From positions 187,302,001 to 187,366,000 of the forward strand of contig OZ024740.1 of NCBI GenBank assembly GCA_964016885.1: a stretch of DNA of 64,000 nucleotides, in the 5' to 3' direction. The DNA comes from Eledone cirrhosa (lineage: Eukaryota). Positions 42,615-56,027 of the stretch are shown piece after piece. The translations under genes were made by a program, and so were the position numbers. Below the pieces are notes generated by a model, which had not been told where the DNA came from, ran no database searches, and saw only the letters and a list, made by a program, of their open reading frames with translations. Within the stretch, counting starts at the first letter, position 1; each line of letters begins with the position of its first letter.

Positions 42615-43020
42615 ATAAAATGGTCGTGTTGGGGACACAACAAAAAACAACCAAGTCCATCTTGTTAGTTGGTTGTGTGGGTGACAACAGAAAGCATCCA
42701 GTCCACACTGTAAAGTGGTCATTTTGGTGCCTCGATAATAAGCACCTAGTCCACACTTTAAAATGGTAATGTTGGTGACACGAAAAAAAGAACCCAGGCC
42801 ACACTATAAAGTGGTTGTATTGGTGACACAATAAAATGCACCAAGTCCATGTTGTAAATGTGGTTGGCATTAGGTAGGGCATCCAGCCATAGAAACTAAG
42901 CCGAAAGCAGTTCTGTTTGAACAAGACATAGTCATTGATTTGACTTGTCTCACAATAGGACATCTCATCTAACCCATACTAGCATGGAAAAATGGACGTT
43001 AAACAGGAATGATGATGATG
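42615..43020 (+). mobile_element. SINE family B body with about 6 tandem units of about 40 bp and an RTE-type tail
   Basis: Units 'agtccacactgtaaagtggt...gtgacac.aaaaaagcacc'; 'agggcatccagcc'; 'agcatggaaaaatggacgttaaa...(tga)n'. Confidence 0.8.
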
Positions 43021-43427
43021 AATCTACTATATTGAAAGTTACAGCCTACATAAATAACATCCAAATGTTCTTCAAATCACAGCCTAATGTCTTTTAAAAA
43101 AATGGAAGGACAAATTCAATAATGTAATCTGAAAGAAACTGTCTGAAAAGATGAGGTAGTCATGAGTAGAATACCTTTGAACATAGAGAAGCTCTTCACA
43201 GCTAAATTGGGGCTTGGCAATTTATTTCTACCATGCTAAAGAAATTCTACATGGTCATTCAGCCTGCTAGAATTAACAGCCTGTTTTTGATCATAGGTTT
43301 GCACAATCAGTATCATAAAGAGTGTATAACTATATAGCGACATCATCAACCTGCAGCCTACTGGTGCAGGTTGCTGTCACGAACAGAGTAATGGTATGGT
43401 CCTGTAACTTCTGATGTAGTCTTGGCC

Positions 43428-43835
43428 CGGACATGCTTCCAGCATAGTTACGTCCCTTTACATTCTGAGTTCAAATCCCGCCGAGGTTAACTTTGCCTTT
43501 CATCCTTACGGGGTCGATAAAATAAAGTACCAGTAATGTACTGGGTAATTGCTGGCCTTGTGCCAAAAGTAGAAACAATTATTTTAAGCCTGGCAGAGCC
43601 CATCTCTCTGCAGGTCTGCACAAAGCAGATTTCTTCCAAAGAAGGATAGAAAGTGAGATAGAGGAAGTGAGAAAGAGATATAGAGAAAAAAAAATCAACC
43701 CCTGTAGAAACTGGTACTTTTTTATTGACTTCTAAAGGATGAAAGGAAAAGTTGACCTCAGATTATAGAGAGTAGAAACAAGTACCACACAACATTCTAT
43801 CAGACATTCTAACAACTCACACAATTCATTACCTT
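43428..43835. mobile_element. SINE A (+, 43428-43582) abutting or nested in SINE C (-)
   Basis: Direct matches to both families. Confidence 0.85.
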
Positions 43836-45239
43836 CACACCTAGTAAAACAGTGAGTATAGTCGAGTATGCAAATAAATGGAAATTGCTACATATTTTGA
43901 TCACATCTGGATGCTTTAAAATATGTCACTGGGAAATTTAGTATAATTAAGATTCTTATATGCTCCTGGTTCACCATGACCAAATTATTTTTGATTATGA
44001 GTCTAATGTGCAGCTTATTGCACTGATGGGAGGTTATATGCAGACTCTCAGTCAACTAGAAATAACAGCCAAATCTCCCTCAAATTACATCCTACCACAT
44101 GAAACACATACATTGAGAGAAGGTATAAATTTAAATATGAACACTTCAAAACAAACATTTCAGAGGAGGTTTCAGGTTGTTTGGGATCAGAAGGGTTAAC
44201 AATATTCAATACAAAATACAAAGGAGAGAAAGAGTGTGTCTGTCTATGAGATTGTGTGATTTCTAAATGTATTTATTTATTAAATTTATTGACATTTATA
44301 TATTTTTAATAGTTCAATCACTGCTCTTTTATGTGAAAAGAATCACTGAAAAATCCATGACGTATTTTGACAGTCATTTAAGGCAAAATAACTTTCCATG
44401 GCCATTTCTATTCAGATTGAAATATTTAGGACTACAATACTGCCTTTTGATTGGCTACAAAAAAAGTCACAGGTGTCTATTTTTAGAAGCTTTTTTCTTC
44501 CCTTTCTTTTCCTTTTATTTCCTTTTTTTTATTATCCTTTGTTGCTGTTATTCAATCTTTATTACAATTCTCCTTTTATATCTTCTATGTCAAAGCTTCA
44601 TCAATTTGAATAGGGTTATTATTATTATTACATCATCATCATCCATTCATTCATTACATCTAATTTTCTTTGGATTGTTGAAATTTTTCCTGCTGTTTTC
44701 TAATTGAAATTAGAATTGCATAAATCGAAAATAAAAATAAAATTAAAAATAAAAATAGAAAAAATGTGACAATTGTTTTTAATACATGGTCTGGAAGTAC
44801 ATTTCTGCTTGTATCATGTAATATCTAATTATCTAGCTATATAGAAAGCAATTGAAAATATTACCATTTGGGGCTTATTTTATAAGGCGAGCATTTTTAT
44901 CTTAAAACTTGATTTTTGTTTTGTTCTGTCAAGAATTTATTCATATTTTGTTTAATTTTATCCTTCATATGAATATTTGTTAGTTTTTCAATTAGTATTT
45001 TTCACTGATTTCCCTAAAGGTTTGGGACTTTTTAATCCATATTTTTTTACCTGGTTATAGTTGGGGAAATATATCAAAGTTATGAAATAATATTAAGTGA
45101 AGTTAGATACATAAAATAATTAAAATAATAATAATTAAAATAATAATAATTAATAACAAAAACAACAAAGAAATGATTTTGCTTGTCAAAATATTCCTGA
45201 AACTATAATTATTGGATTATTCCAACTTTTTAAATTCTA

Positions 45240-45925
45240 TTCAAATACTACTGAGCTCAACTTTCATCCTTCTTGAGTCAATAAAATAAAGCACCAATCC
45301 AGTACTGAGGTTGATATAATCAATTTTTCCTTACCCCCAAACTGCTGACCTTGTGCTTTGGCAAAGACAGTGGTTTGGCAGTATCAGTACAGCATCAGAC
45401 ACTATGCTTCATGGCAGTTATGTCCCTTTACATTCTGAGTTCAAATCCCACTAAGGTTAGCTTTGCCTTTCATCCTTACGAGGTCAATAAAATAAAATAC
45501 CAGTATTGGGGTCAATTTAATCGACATTCCTTTCCCAAAAATTTGTTGGCCTTGTGCCTCGGACACCATGCTTTCCAGCATAGTTACATCCCTTTACGGT
45601 CTGAGTTCAAATCCCGTCAAGGTTAAGTTTGCCTTTCATCCTTACGGGGTCGATAAAATAAAGTACCAGTAATGCACTGGTTGGTTGCTGGCCTTGTGCC
45701 AAAAAAGTAGGAACAATTATTATTACCAATTCTAATACTGTGCCATATATACATACATATACATATTATATATGTGGATTGACAGTATCGGTAGAGGGTC
45801 GGATGCCATGCTTTGACGCATAGAGTTACGGCCCTTGCCATTCCTCCTTACAGGGTCGATAAAATAAAGTACCAGTAATGCACTGGATAATTGCTGGTCT
45901 TGTGCCAAAAGTAGAAACAATTATA
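45240..45925 (+). mobile_element. Head-to-tail cluster of four family A SINE copies or fragments
   Basis: Core 'ccttacggggtcgataaaataaagtaccag' or variants at about 45270, 45475, 45640 and 45850. Confidence 0.85.
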
Positions 45926-46618
45926 TATATATATATATTCATGAATATAATCACATATGGGTGGAAATCGAAAGAAAAAAAACATATTTAAACAGATTGT
46001 GTGATGCTTGGTTTTGTGAGAAGGAGGGTGGGTTAAGAGCAACAGTGTTCACTTGATTGCATATACTTATACAGAGAAAGACAGTAGCATTTCAAGTTTG
46101 TACCAAACAACCTGAAACCACCCAAGTTCTATGATTCAAAGCTGTTTTTATTTATTAGAAAACATTCTGTTCGCTGGGGCTGTAATGTTACATTCCAAAC
46201 ACCAACTTAATAATGAGAAAGTTATATTACTAAATCTCTTCATTCTTAATTGTTTGCAAAATTCTCTTAGAACATTGCTTTATTGTGCTTACAAATATTA
46301 TATATGGAAAGGGAAAGTTGATTAAATTAACCCCAGTGTGATGAAGGAGAAGGAGCGTGGGATAGTTAATTTTAGTATAGAATTTTAAAATGAGCAGTAA
46401 TGTCTTGTAGAATCAGGAAAGTTTCAGCCAGTTTAGTGTCAAAAGGACGAAGGGAGATTTAGCTGTTATTTCTAGTCAGTCAAACAACTACAGACTCCCT
46501 ACTTCTGTTGACGTGTATTGTTGTATGGTTGAAGACCTTTGCTTAAGGTGCTATGCAGTATGAATGAACCTGAAACCACACAGCCATACACACACATTAA
46601 GGTACTATTGTAGAACAG

Positions 46619-46804
46619 TGGTGGATTGGCAGTATCAGTAGAGGGTCGGATGCCATGCTTTGATGCATAGAGTTATGAGCCTTTCCATTCTGAGTTCAAA
46701 TCCCGCCGAGGTTAACTTAGCCTTTCATCCTTATGGGGTCGATAAAATAAAGTACCAGTAATGTACTGGTTAATTGCTGGCCTTGTGCCAAAAGTAGAAA
46801 CAAT
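46619..46804 (+). mobile_element. Full-length SINE family A
   Basis: 13-bp TSD tattgtagaacag (46606-46618, 46805-46817). Confidence 0.92.
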
Positions 46805-46960
46805 TATTGTAGAACAGCCTCATCGAAGTCTGTGGGAAATAATTATTTTTTCTTGGAAAACGGATTGGGGGACCCTTAGACATTCCACTTGCCCATCCTC
46901 CTCTAGAGTTTTCAAAACTATTTTTATTTTATTTTTCGGAAGGGTTATGATTAGTGTTAG

Positions 46961-47120
46961 TCTTACTTCCATATATGGTTAGCGTGTTTGGAAGTGAGAC
47001 TCGTCAATAACACGAAAATAAAAACAAAAAAAACAATGAAAAAATATGTCCCACCAAACGCGAGAAGGGTGCAGGTCCCTTCACCCTCCGGGAAAAATTC
47101 TTTTGCGGCATGTTCGGAGG
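46961..47120 (-). promoter_or_regulatory. Candidate promoter and first exon of a minus-strand gene
   Basis: CpG-rich unique sequence; on the minus strand an Inr-like TCACTTC, then ATG GAA (46972-46967) and donor GTAAGA. Coincides with the CpG-density boundary. Confidence 0.3.
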
Positions 47121-47124
47121 TAGG

Positions 47125-47347
47125 GGCGGTGGAGTGGCAGTATCGGTAGAGAGTCGGACGCCATGCGTTTGCAACATGGAGTTACGGCCCTTTATGATCT
47201 GAGTTCAAATCCCGCCGAGGTTAACTTTGCCTTTCATCCTTATGGGGTCGATAAAATAAAGTACCAGTCACGCACTGGGGTCCATTTAATCGACTTTCCC
47301 CTCCCTCAAAATTGCTGGCCTTGTGCCTATATAAGAAACCAATATTA
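47125..47347 (+). mobile_element. Full-length SINE family A, long-tail variant
   Basis: A-box TGGCAGTATCGG, B-box GAGTTCAAATCC, core, tail. Confidence 0.9.
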
Positions 47348-47565
47348 ATTGGAAGCACACGAAAAAAGCGAGGGAAAAAATTAAAAATATTTCCTGAGAA
47401 AAAACCATTTTCACACGAAAAAAAGAGGGGGGGGATAATTTATTTCCCACTAAAATCGATCAGTGTATTCTATAAATTTACCACACACACACACACACAC
47501 ATATGACAGATGCTGAGGGAATGACACACAAGTCAGGCAGAAATATACGCATATATATAAAGTCC

Positions 47566-47617
47566 TTCTCTGAAAAAGCTTGGCGAGCCACCAACTCGCT
47601 TTGCTGAAACATCATAG
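47566..47617 (+). ncRNA. Degenerate hammerhead-like motif (PLE terminal-repeat type)
   Basis: CTGAAAA-agc..gcgag ccaccaa ctcgc..gct-GAAA-CA-TC, with AATAAA about 20 nt downstream. Confidence 0.45.
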
Positions 47618-49912
47618 CTATGATATCAGAAATTGAATAAAACGTATACACACACATATGGTAGAATAGAGGAGAAATACACCAGACGGGCAGAAAGACA
47701 TTCATTCCACTGTATCCAGTCATGGGAGACTAAAGATAAGTCAAAGAAAAGAATGGAGAGAGAAGAGGAAGAGGACATAGGGAGGGGGAGAGAGGAAGGC
47801 AAATGACAGGTAGTACAGGAAAAGGAATGGAAGGAAAAATATGGAAAATCTATAGGGTCCAATCCACACAAAAATACCGAGATGGAAGTTGGACAGGAGC
47901 CAGTATATACATGGAATGTGTGTGTGTGTGTGTGTGCAACATACATATACACAGATTCACACTTAAGAATGTAATCGCTTATTCAAGCACACTTAAAAGA
48001 GGGTGGTGACAAAGGGAAAGCGTGAGAGGCAGTTAAAAGGAAAAGCATTCACTATTATAAAAAGGCGGAGAAGTTCAAAGAGTCGTGTATATATTACATT
48101 ATGTATACACTCACTAAGAGAGAGAGAAAGTTGAATGAAAAATATATTTTCAGATAAATATATATATATACATGTGTGTGTGCGTACACGTTATATATAT
48201 ATATACGTGTCTGTGTGTGTTATTTGTGTATCTGTTGTATACGTATGTATGTGTGTATTGAAATCCAAATGCTGATGAACATCACCCGAGGGATGACCTT
48301 AATGTGAATAGGTAACAAGAGCATGTAACAGAAACCAATGAAAATGAATAAGACCAGCTTGACAGTAAAGATCAATAGCTTGCTCCAGAGAAGCAGACTG
48401 TCATAAAGTATAAAATGAACAATAAAGTTTACTTAGGAAACTCATGTTTTTCGGAGATTGTTATCTATTAAACTTGATGAAAAGTCACCTAAAATATCAC
48501 GTGGCTCAACACGCCTAAATACATAGGGGCAAGCTAAGAAACCCTGAAGTATTTCAACATAACAAAACAGAATGAGAACAGTTTTATTGGCAGAGAAATT
48601 TCACAAGACAGAACAGAGGCAAGGCTCTTCCTTTTGTGTTTTAAAGTGGTCATATTTCAATTTAAATCTTCCATCGTAATATCATGTAAGAACATTTAAG
48701 GTAAAAATGGAAACGTTTTTTGTTTTACAAAATCTCTGAAAATTCTTGATTATTTTAAAAAATACAATTTTTTTCATAAGAACGATGTCAAAGAAAGAGC
48801 TAAAGAAATTCACGATTCCAATCCACCTATCTCACATATATAAGAATACACGTAGTCTTTGTATACAACACAATTTATTGCATAATATTAACAGCCTTAT
48901 ATATTTTACACCAGTATCCTTAAAACCAATATTAAGAAAATACATCTAGCAAAAAAACTGCAAATAATGATAAAGCATTTTTCAACTAAGGCAAAAAAAA
49001 CAAACAATTTCCTTCGTTGAATTCCCAAACTATAGTTTTTAAAGCAGTAAATTAAGAATTGAAGCAGAACTTCAATTAACTCATTAATTTTTAACTGAAC
49101 CACATTCATTTTGTTATATCTGTAATATTATGCGAGCTAAATCTTTTTTAGTAACAAACTGAACTTGTGTTGGAAAAGATATTTGTCATGTCACAACAGC
49201 TCTGGTGTGTTGCTAAAAAGCTTTAACTTGCACCAACACCGCAGATAAAGCTTACAACTTAAATAGCCAAGTGTATTTGCCTTAAACAAAGATAGCTATG
49301 AGAACGTGAATGTGAATCCGACAATATAACTGTCACCCTGACCCTAAAAAAAATATACACCTGTATCTAATTATATCACAATTTCAATAGAAATATTCCC
49401 AGGAAATATCATTTTCATTCTACTGTCACCAAATAATTGCTGATTTCTACTATGGATGCTAGCAGTTATGGGTTTTGATCTGTAACAATGGCGAAAATGT
49501 TTCATAAAATCATTGTGTTATGCTCCCTGCAACACACAAATTTATCGCTTTATTTTTGAATATATGAATATATTCATAAAAGGATGAAAATGGCATGTTA
49601 CCTACAAACATAACTGTTCATATTTGGTAGTAGGGTGTGAAAAGTGTTTTGCAAGATAATAATACATCAATATCTGTATTATTCGTTACATAAATATGGC
49701 AAGGTGTCCTAACGCAAGAGGGGACACATGACTTTGGGTGCCCCACCTTAATTAGAAAGCATGAGAGGCGAGAGAAAATATTTTGCGTCCCAACTCATCT
49801 GCGCTAATGAAGGGCAGGGGTTTCTTCATTGCTACGCTCCTGTTTAGAACGCATTTTCTCATGCTCCATCTCCTCTACAACTATACGACCATTTTTTAAA
49901 AAAACCTTTTCA

Positions 49913-50110
49913 AGGGTGGTGGATTGACAGTATCGCTAAAGCGTCGAACAAAATGCTTTACGTTCTGAGTTCAAATACCACAGAGGTTAGCTTTGCCTTT
50001 CATCCTTATGGAGTCAATAAAATAAAGTGCCAGTAATACACTGGCGTCAATATAATCGACTTTCCCCTCCCGCAAAGTTGTTGGCCTTGTGTCTAAATCA
50101 AAAGCAATTA
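49913..50110 (+). mobile_element. SINE family A variant
   Basis: Head, B-box, core and tail. Confidence 0.85.
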
Positions 50111-50349
50111 TTTCGTCGTATGACCTCGGAAGAAACTCCTGGTCTTATACTTAATTCAGCCAATCTGCGTTGTGAACTGTGCGCTCAGTCTCTTGTTAAG
50201 CGTTGTTGACTGCTGACAGTTTACCTAGAATAAGTACTAAAAGAACACCACATCATAAGCTATATGAAATTTGAGGCCCTTCTCTAAAGAAAAAATTCGG
50301 GTGAAACATTTTTGAATATTTATACATGGTTATTATTTTTTTTTGCATA

Positions 50350-50999
50350 GGTTAAGAATAACGTCCTCGAAAATGAAAGTGAATTTTCTGACAAGTGAAT
50401 GCGTTTTTTTTTTTTTTTTTACAGTGAAATTTACGATACACTCTTTGTTTATTTACAACAGGTCTCTATAGTGATATGGTGTTAATTAGTATTGCGTGTG
50501 ATTATTTTCTCTTATATATATATGTGTGGGTGTGTATATGTGTATATATATATGTGTGTCTGTATGTATATATATATGTGTGTTTGTATATATATATATG
50601 TGTTTGTGTCATCATCATCGTTTAGATGTTTTTACCCAAATCCCTTATCATTTTCTGTCCTTCTTATGACCCGGCCTTAATTTGTTTATAGTTGGTGCCA
50701 TCTTTGGCAAGATATTACAAAAACATCTAAACGATGATGATGACACAAACACATATATATATATACAAACACATATATATACATACAGACACACATATAT
50801 ATACACACATATACACACCCACACATATATATATAAGAAAAAATAATCACACACGCAATACTAATTAACACCATATCACTATAGAGACCTGTTGTAAATA
50901 AACAAAGAGTGTATCGTAAATTTCACTGTAAAAAAAAAAAAAAAACACATTCACTTGTCAGAAAATTCACTTTCATTTTCGAGAACGTTATTCTTAACC
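50350..50999. repeat. Long inverted duplication, arms of about 280 bp (50350-50633 / 50719-50999), 85-bp spacer
   Basis: Arms are almost exact reverse complements, including poly-T/poly-A and microsatellite parts; mirrored ORFs 50492+ and 50686- in the track. Confidence 0.95.
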
Positions 51000-51205
51000 A
51001 ATAAATAAAATATATGTTGAGGTCCCGGAGGGTGGGTAGCGCTAAGCTACAGCTTATAGATAGTTATGTCCAATACTGTTCGTGATACTAGACACATTTT
51101 CAATTGAGAAAGTCAGTAGAAGCAAAGTTTCTCTCTCATCCAACTACTACTACCACCAAACCACCAAGGAGTAGAGAGAAAAAGATAAACGAAAATGTAA
51201 ACTTT

Positions 51206-51265
<60 letters not shown>

Positions 51266-51313
51266 CTCTTCTAATTAATATACACCTTAATTTTATTATA
51301 TACTCATATTTCC

Positions 51314-51363
51314 TTTAGCATGAAGAAGCCGAAACAACTATCGGCTGAAACCGGTACGATAAA
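51314..51363 (+). ncRNA. Mutated minimal type I hammerhead ribozyme
   Basis: aTGAAGA-agccga aacaacta tcggct-GAAA-CCGG-TA; core C3 lost, stem I partly paired (tttagca/cgataaa); lies between (TA)n tracts. Confidence 0.6.
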
Positions 51364-52456
51364 TTACTTTAAAAAAAAAGTTTTGCTGTTATTTTATGAG
51401 AAAATCCCATTAGCATTTTCTGCTTTTTATCTTATTTTCCTCATATATATATATAATGCAGCTAAATTAAAACGAGAACCTGTTACTAGACTTAGACTTC
51501 CTTTTTTTAAAGATTTGAAATGTCTGCGAAAGGAGAATAAATCTTGATTTCAATTGCTTGCGAATGAAACAACTAATTTGACTCGAAAATGTAATAAAAT
51601 TGTATTGGATGGGGAAATATCTGATGCTTGAAGGAAATTCGAAGATAAATTATACTTAATGTCTTTAGATTCTGTTATAAATAGAACCATTCCTTTTTTT
51701 CTATTCCCTTCAATAGTGTGACTTGTTTTTTTAGACACTGCTCAATATGTACTTGTACTTTAAATCGTTTAATAAATTTTTAACATTTCTTTACAAAAAA
51801 GTAATGATTTCAGTATTCAAAAAGCAGACATATGTACATACTTTATTGGATGACCGTTGACTTTCCTGATTTCCCCCGCCCTTTGGCAGGTCTTGTTTTT
51901 GATTCCGCAGAGTGTCCAAAGATCACCTTCTTCACCACGCTTGCTTGGTGAGGGTGCCGGTTTACTCCCCCCAAAACACGACGATGCTGTACTAGGCTAC
52001 ATTTAACTAGTAGTGCGTCCTGACTCGTTCCCGCATCTCTACCACTTTGTTGTCTATAATAATATCCGAAGATTCTTGGAATATTAGAGGTTGACTTTGC
52101 CTTTCATCCTTACGGCGTCGATAAAATAAAGTACCAGTAATGCACTGGTTAAAGTAGAAACAATTATTAAAAACGATAAGTATCTTGGTTCGCATACGTT
52201 GCTAAAATATAAGAAAATATATTCTAAAATTAGAAATTGAAACTAAATTTATCCCTTGGTTTATTGATAGAGACTATTGATGTCAGAAGTAAATTGTGAT
52301 ACACACGACATGTTAATAAATATGTATTAGAAGCTAAGGAGTTTTATGTTAACCACTTCCCATAAGCTGTCTCCCTGAAAGGAAATACGCCAGCCGAATT
52401 TTAGTGTCACTCGGTATTTCATTTTCAGTTTATTGGTATACAATATATTTCACATA

Positions 52457-52636
52457 ATAATTGTTTCTACTTTAAGCACAAGGCCAGCAATTACCCAGTG
52501 CATTACTGGTACTTTATTTTATCGACCCCGTAAGGATGAAAGGCTAAGTCAACCTCGGCGGGATTTGAACTGAGATCGTAAAGGGACGTAACTATGCTGG
52601 AAAGCATGGCGTCCGACCCTCTACCGATACTGCCAA
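52457..52636 (-). mobile_element. Young SINE family A
   Basis: Near-identical to the 40142-40314 copy. Confidence 0.92.
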
Positions 52637-54891
52637 TAATGCATAAATATAAACAATATGTGAGGTGGAGTAAAGCATGAGAGGAGATACCCACGCAATC
52701 AAACAACACAAGGGGCGCTGGTTTATCTCTCTATTTTCTTCTATTCCTGCGATACTGGGTGTATAGTTCGTTATCCATGACATAAAGAAACATCTCAAAA
52801 CCGGAATATAGGGAGAATACCTTGTCCAGCAACGGTACCCTAATGACAAACATATACACTGGCTTACTTTTGGTTCCGAGACATTTTCCAGCCACATTCC
52901 GATAACAACTTCTGCTAGCAGGAGGAACTTAGTGATGGATTGTGAACATTTAGAGAGGAGATAGGTCTCGCCAATCATTACTAAAGCCAACTGAAATGCC
53001 ATGATGAACACCGTCAAACGTTAAGAGCTGCACCCCAACAACTGGCTATATTAATAGAACGAACAGGGTTAATTTGATCTATCTTATAAATGTGTGTGTG
53101 AATTATCGCCCGTTGAAAAAGAAAATAGTGAATAGAAATAATGTAATTATTTCAAGGAAAAAATTCACATTTCATTTAAATATCATAAATAATAATTAAA
53201 GAAATTTTTAGAAATATATTTTAATTTGCTTACATGATTTGTACACAATGACAACAGAATTTATATATATTTATTAATAGAAAAATCACATTTTCTTCAC
53301 TATCTTAAATAAAACAACAAACATATTTATCATTTATTTAAGTTTTTCCCTGCTACCTTATACTGAACCTTAATCCACCATTTAATACCTCTTGCAAAAA
53401 GGGGTCAAATGAGCCAATGTTCAACCGGCTAAAAATAACTGTGATGCCGTTGGTCATTTAAAAAAAAAATTAATAAATAAAAGGATAATTAGAGCAATAT
53501 CTCTACCCAACTTAAATTTAAAAAAAAAAAACATTCGAGAAAAAAAATATTTTTCATATTGTTGATGTCGGTTAGTTCTGCCTCATTAGATCTCTATAAT
53601 TACCCCATATAAATCTGTTGATGATTCGTGCAGAGAGAAGACTAAGGAAGGCGATGACAGCTTGCTAAGTGATACGTAATACTGATACCGAATGAAGCAG
53701 GGCTTTCAGGAAGTAATTAGCTATACGTGCCTGTGTCCAGCCGACGAATATTGCAATTTTAGGTTTGCCGCTGAAAAACAAATACCTTTAGTGTGTCTAT
53801 AAACACTAACATTTAAAACAAAAGAATCCAAAATTATACATACCATTCGTATGTTATAATATAATATAACACTTTAAAAAATCAGATTCTTCAAAAAGAA
53901 ATTAAATAAATAAAGGTTGAAGAATATAAAAAATGAAGAGAATGTGACGGCATTTTTCATTTCCGCGGCCCCACAAAACTAGAATTAAATTGGGTGAGCG
54001 TCGAAAGGGGGTTCTTCAAATATCTCAAAGGAAACATAAATTTACACTTATATATGTATACACGTGTGTGCGCGCACGCTTAAGTCTGGTTATACCGCAG
54101 TTCGTTGACAGTGGTGATAAAATATAACACTGAATTTTAAAACTATATATATAACTTAAATAATTTTCGGTCAGTGTTGACCCAGGCTACATCTAACTTA
54201 ATAGCAGAACATAGCGAAGTCTTTCCGATTATGGGTTCACAACCTAGTCAATGAGAAAGTAAAAGAAAACATTCTCAAATAAATCTACCAGTCAGCAAAT
54301 ATATATATATATATATATTTCTTTGCAAATATTTCTGTTTACTATTTCGGCGGTCATTGAACTCAGTTTTAATTTTACGAGACACTGGAAATGAAAGAAC
54401 TCCGACAAAGTTCTTAGTTTTCTTTCAAGTACGCTACTGACAAAGAAGAAAGGAGATACTTTATTTTCCTCATGACATACGCAATAAATCCAATGAATCG
54501 GACGAGATATTTTCATTTTCTTCAAAGGACATATATTGCCAATGATACATATATACCCCATATATTCAATATCCTAAGTGAAAGGTTTCAGCCGTCTCAA
54601 CGAACAGAAACAATATGAATATGCATGCATTTAACTGTGAATATTAGGTAAACAACGAAGGGAAACTAATCTGAGGTTAATTGTTCGGATTTACCTGATT
54701 GTTTGGATGAACCAAATAAGAAGCAAGCTCTTGTCAGACCGAACACTGCCAAACTTTTGGTTTAGAATCTCAGCTGATACCCTCGCTGGATTTCCTATTG
54801 TGCTTAGGTGTGCCTAACTTCCTACCCCCCCCCCCCCAAAAAAAAACCCCACAACACTTACGACGATTTTTCAAATGTTTGGGGTCTCATA

Positions 54892-55130
54892 AAGGCGGCT
54901 AATTGGCAGAGTTGTTAAGACGTTATATAGAATACTTTACGATATTCGTCCCACCTCATTACGCGCTCTGAGTTCAAATACTGCCGAGATCAACTTTGCC
55001 TTTCATCTTCTCGAAGTCAATACAAGAGAACCAGTCAGGTACTGGGGTCGATTCTTACCTTATAGAAAAAAATGGCTGTGTTCAGACCTGGAGAGAGTGG
55101 GCTCCGCCAGGTTTAAAAGTGCCATAGACA
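54892..55130 (+). mobile_element. SINE with family C-type tail
   Basis: Head, B-box and core, then the reverse complement of the 'cctggcagagcccatctc' block. Confidence 0.75.
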
Positions 55131-55931
55131 CGCCGTGTGACAGTGCCTCTACAACTCCAGAATGAGTTATGGGATATTTTAACTTAAGTAGCACTGGGTC
55201 TCATTTGTTCTAAATCCGGCACTGCTGATACCGTTTCATTTTATGTCACTGATGCACCCGGGAAAAGTACGAAAATCATACAATTCCTTCGTCATATGCC
55301 AGGTGAAATCAGTATTAATTTCTCTTATATTGGCATTCCCTGGTATTTCTATATCGGTATAAATAAAACTTAGCCATAGCTCGTTAAATGTTCATCTCGG
55401 GCTTTGCATAATTTTTCGTTTGTCATGCAGACATCTTTTGATGTCATTGTTGTAGCCAAAGTTTCTTGGCTTTGTGGAAAAAATTTTCCTGCTTAGTTTC
55501 GCCGTTAAACTTCGTACTAAAGCGTAAAGTTTGAAAACTAGCAATTTCGTTGAGCAGCTCGATATGCTTTCCTTTGATCGATGATGTTACAAACAATTCG
55601 GAATCTTGCAATTCTATTTCCTCATCATTTCACACTTTCGGTGTATCTTTTTTAATACAATTTTAGAGGAAAGCAAACAACTCCTCATTGTTTTACATTT
55701 AACAATGAATTCTTCCTATTATTAATTGAATATCCGAAATATCACTTTCCCTTGATGTAGTTGTTTGGTTAGCGAAATATTTTCTTTTCAATCAACCTTT
55801 CATTCCAATATTTGCGGTTATCTATCATGTCATTTAGAGATTAAAACTTCAAACACATATCTCGAGATACAATTCGAGAAATATGCCTGTGCGCGCTTCT
55901 GATATATATAGAGAAAATACATATTTATATA

Positions 55932-55978
<47 letters not shown>

Positions 55979-56027
55979 GAGTTCGCAAGAGTATTATATA
56001 GAGGTAATACATATTATATACACATAT

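Noticed and set aside
42615-42870. Regular repeats of about 40 bp that superficially resemble a CRISPR array
   Set aside because: Degenerate tandem units without unique spacers, inside a SINE in eukaryotic DNA; no cas genes.
44267-44707. 146-aa hydrophobic ORF
   Set aside because: Low-complexity T-rich sequence giving F/L/I bias; no recognisable motifs.
48843-48855. 13-nt match to the 3' half of miR-137 (agaatacacgtag)
   Set aside because: Seed region absent and no hairpin partner.
52592-53017. 141-aa minus ORF
   Set aside because: Non-ATG start, ends in a SINE, no recognisable domain.
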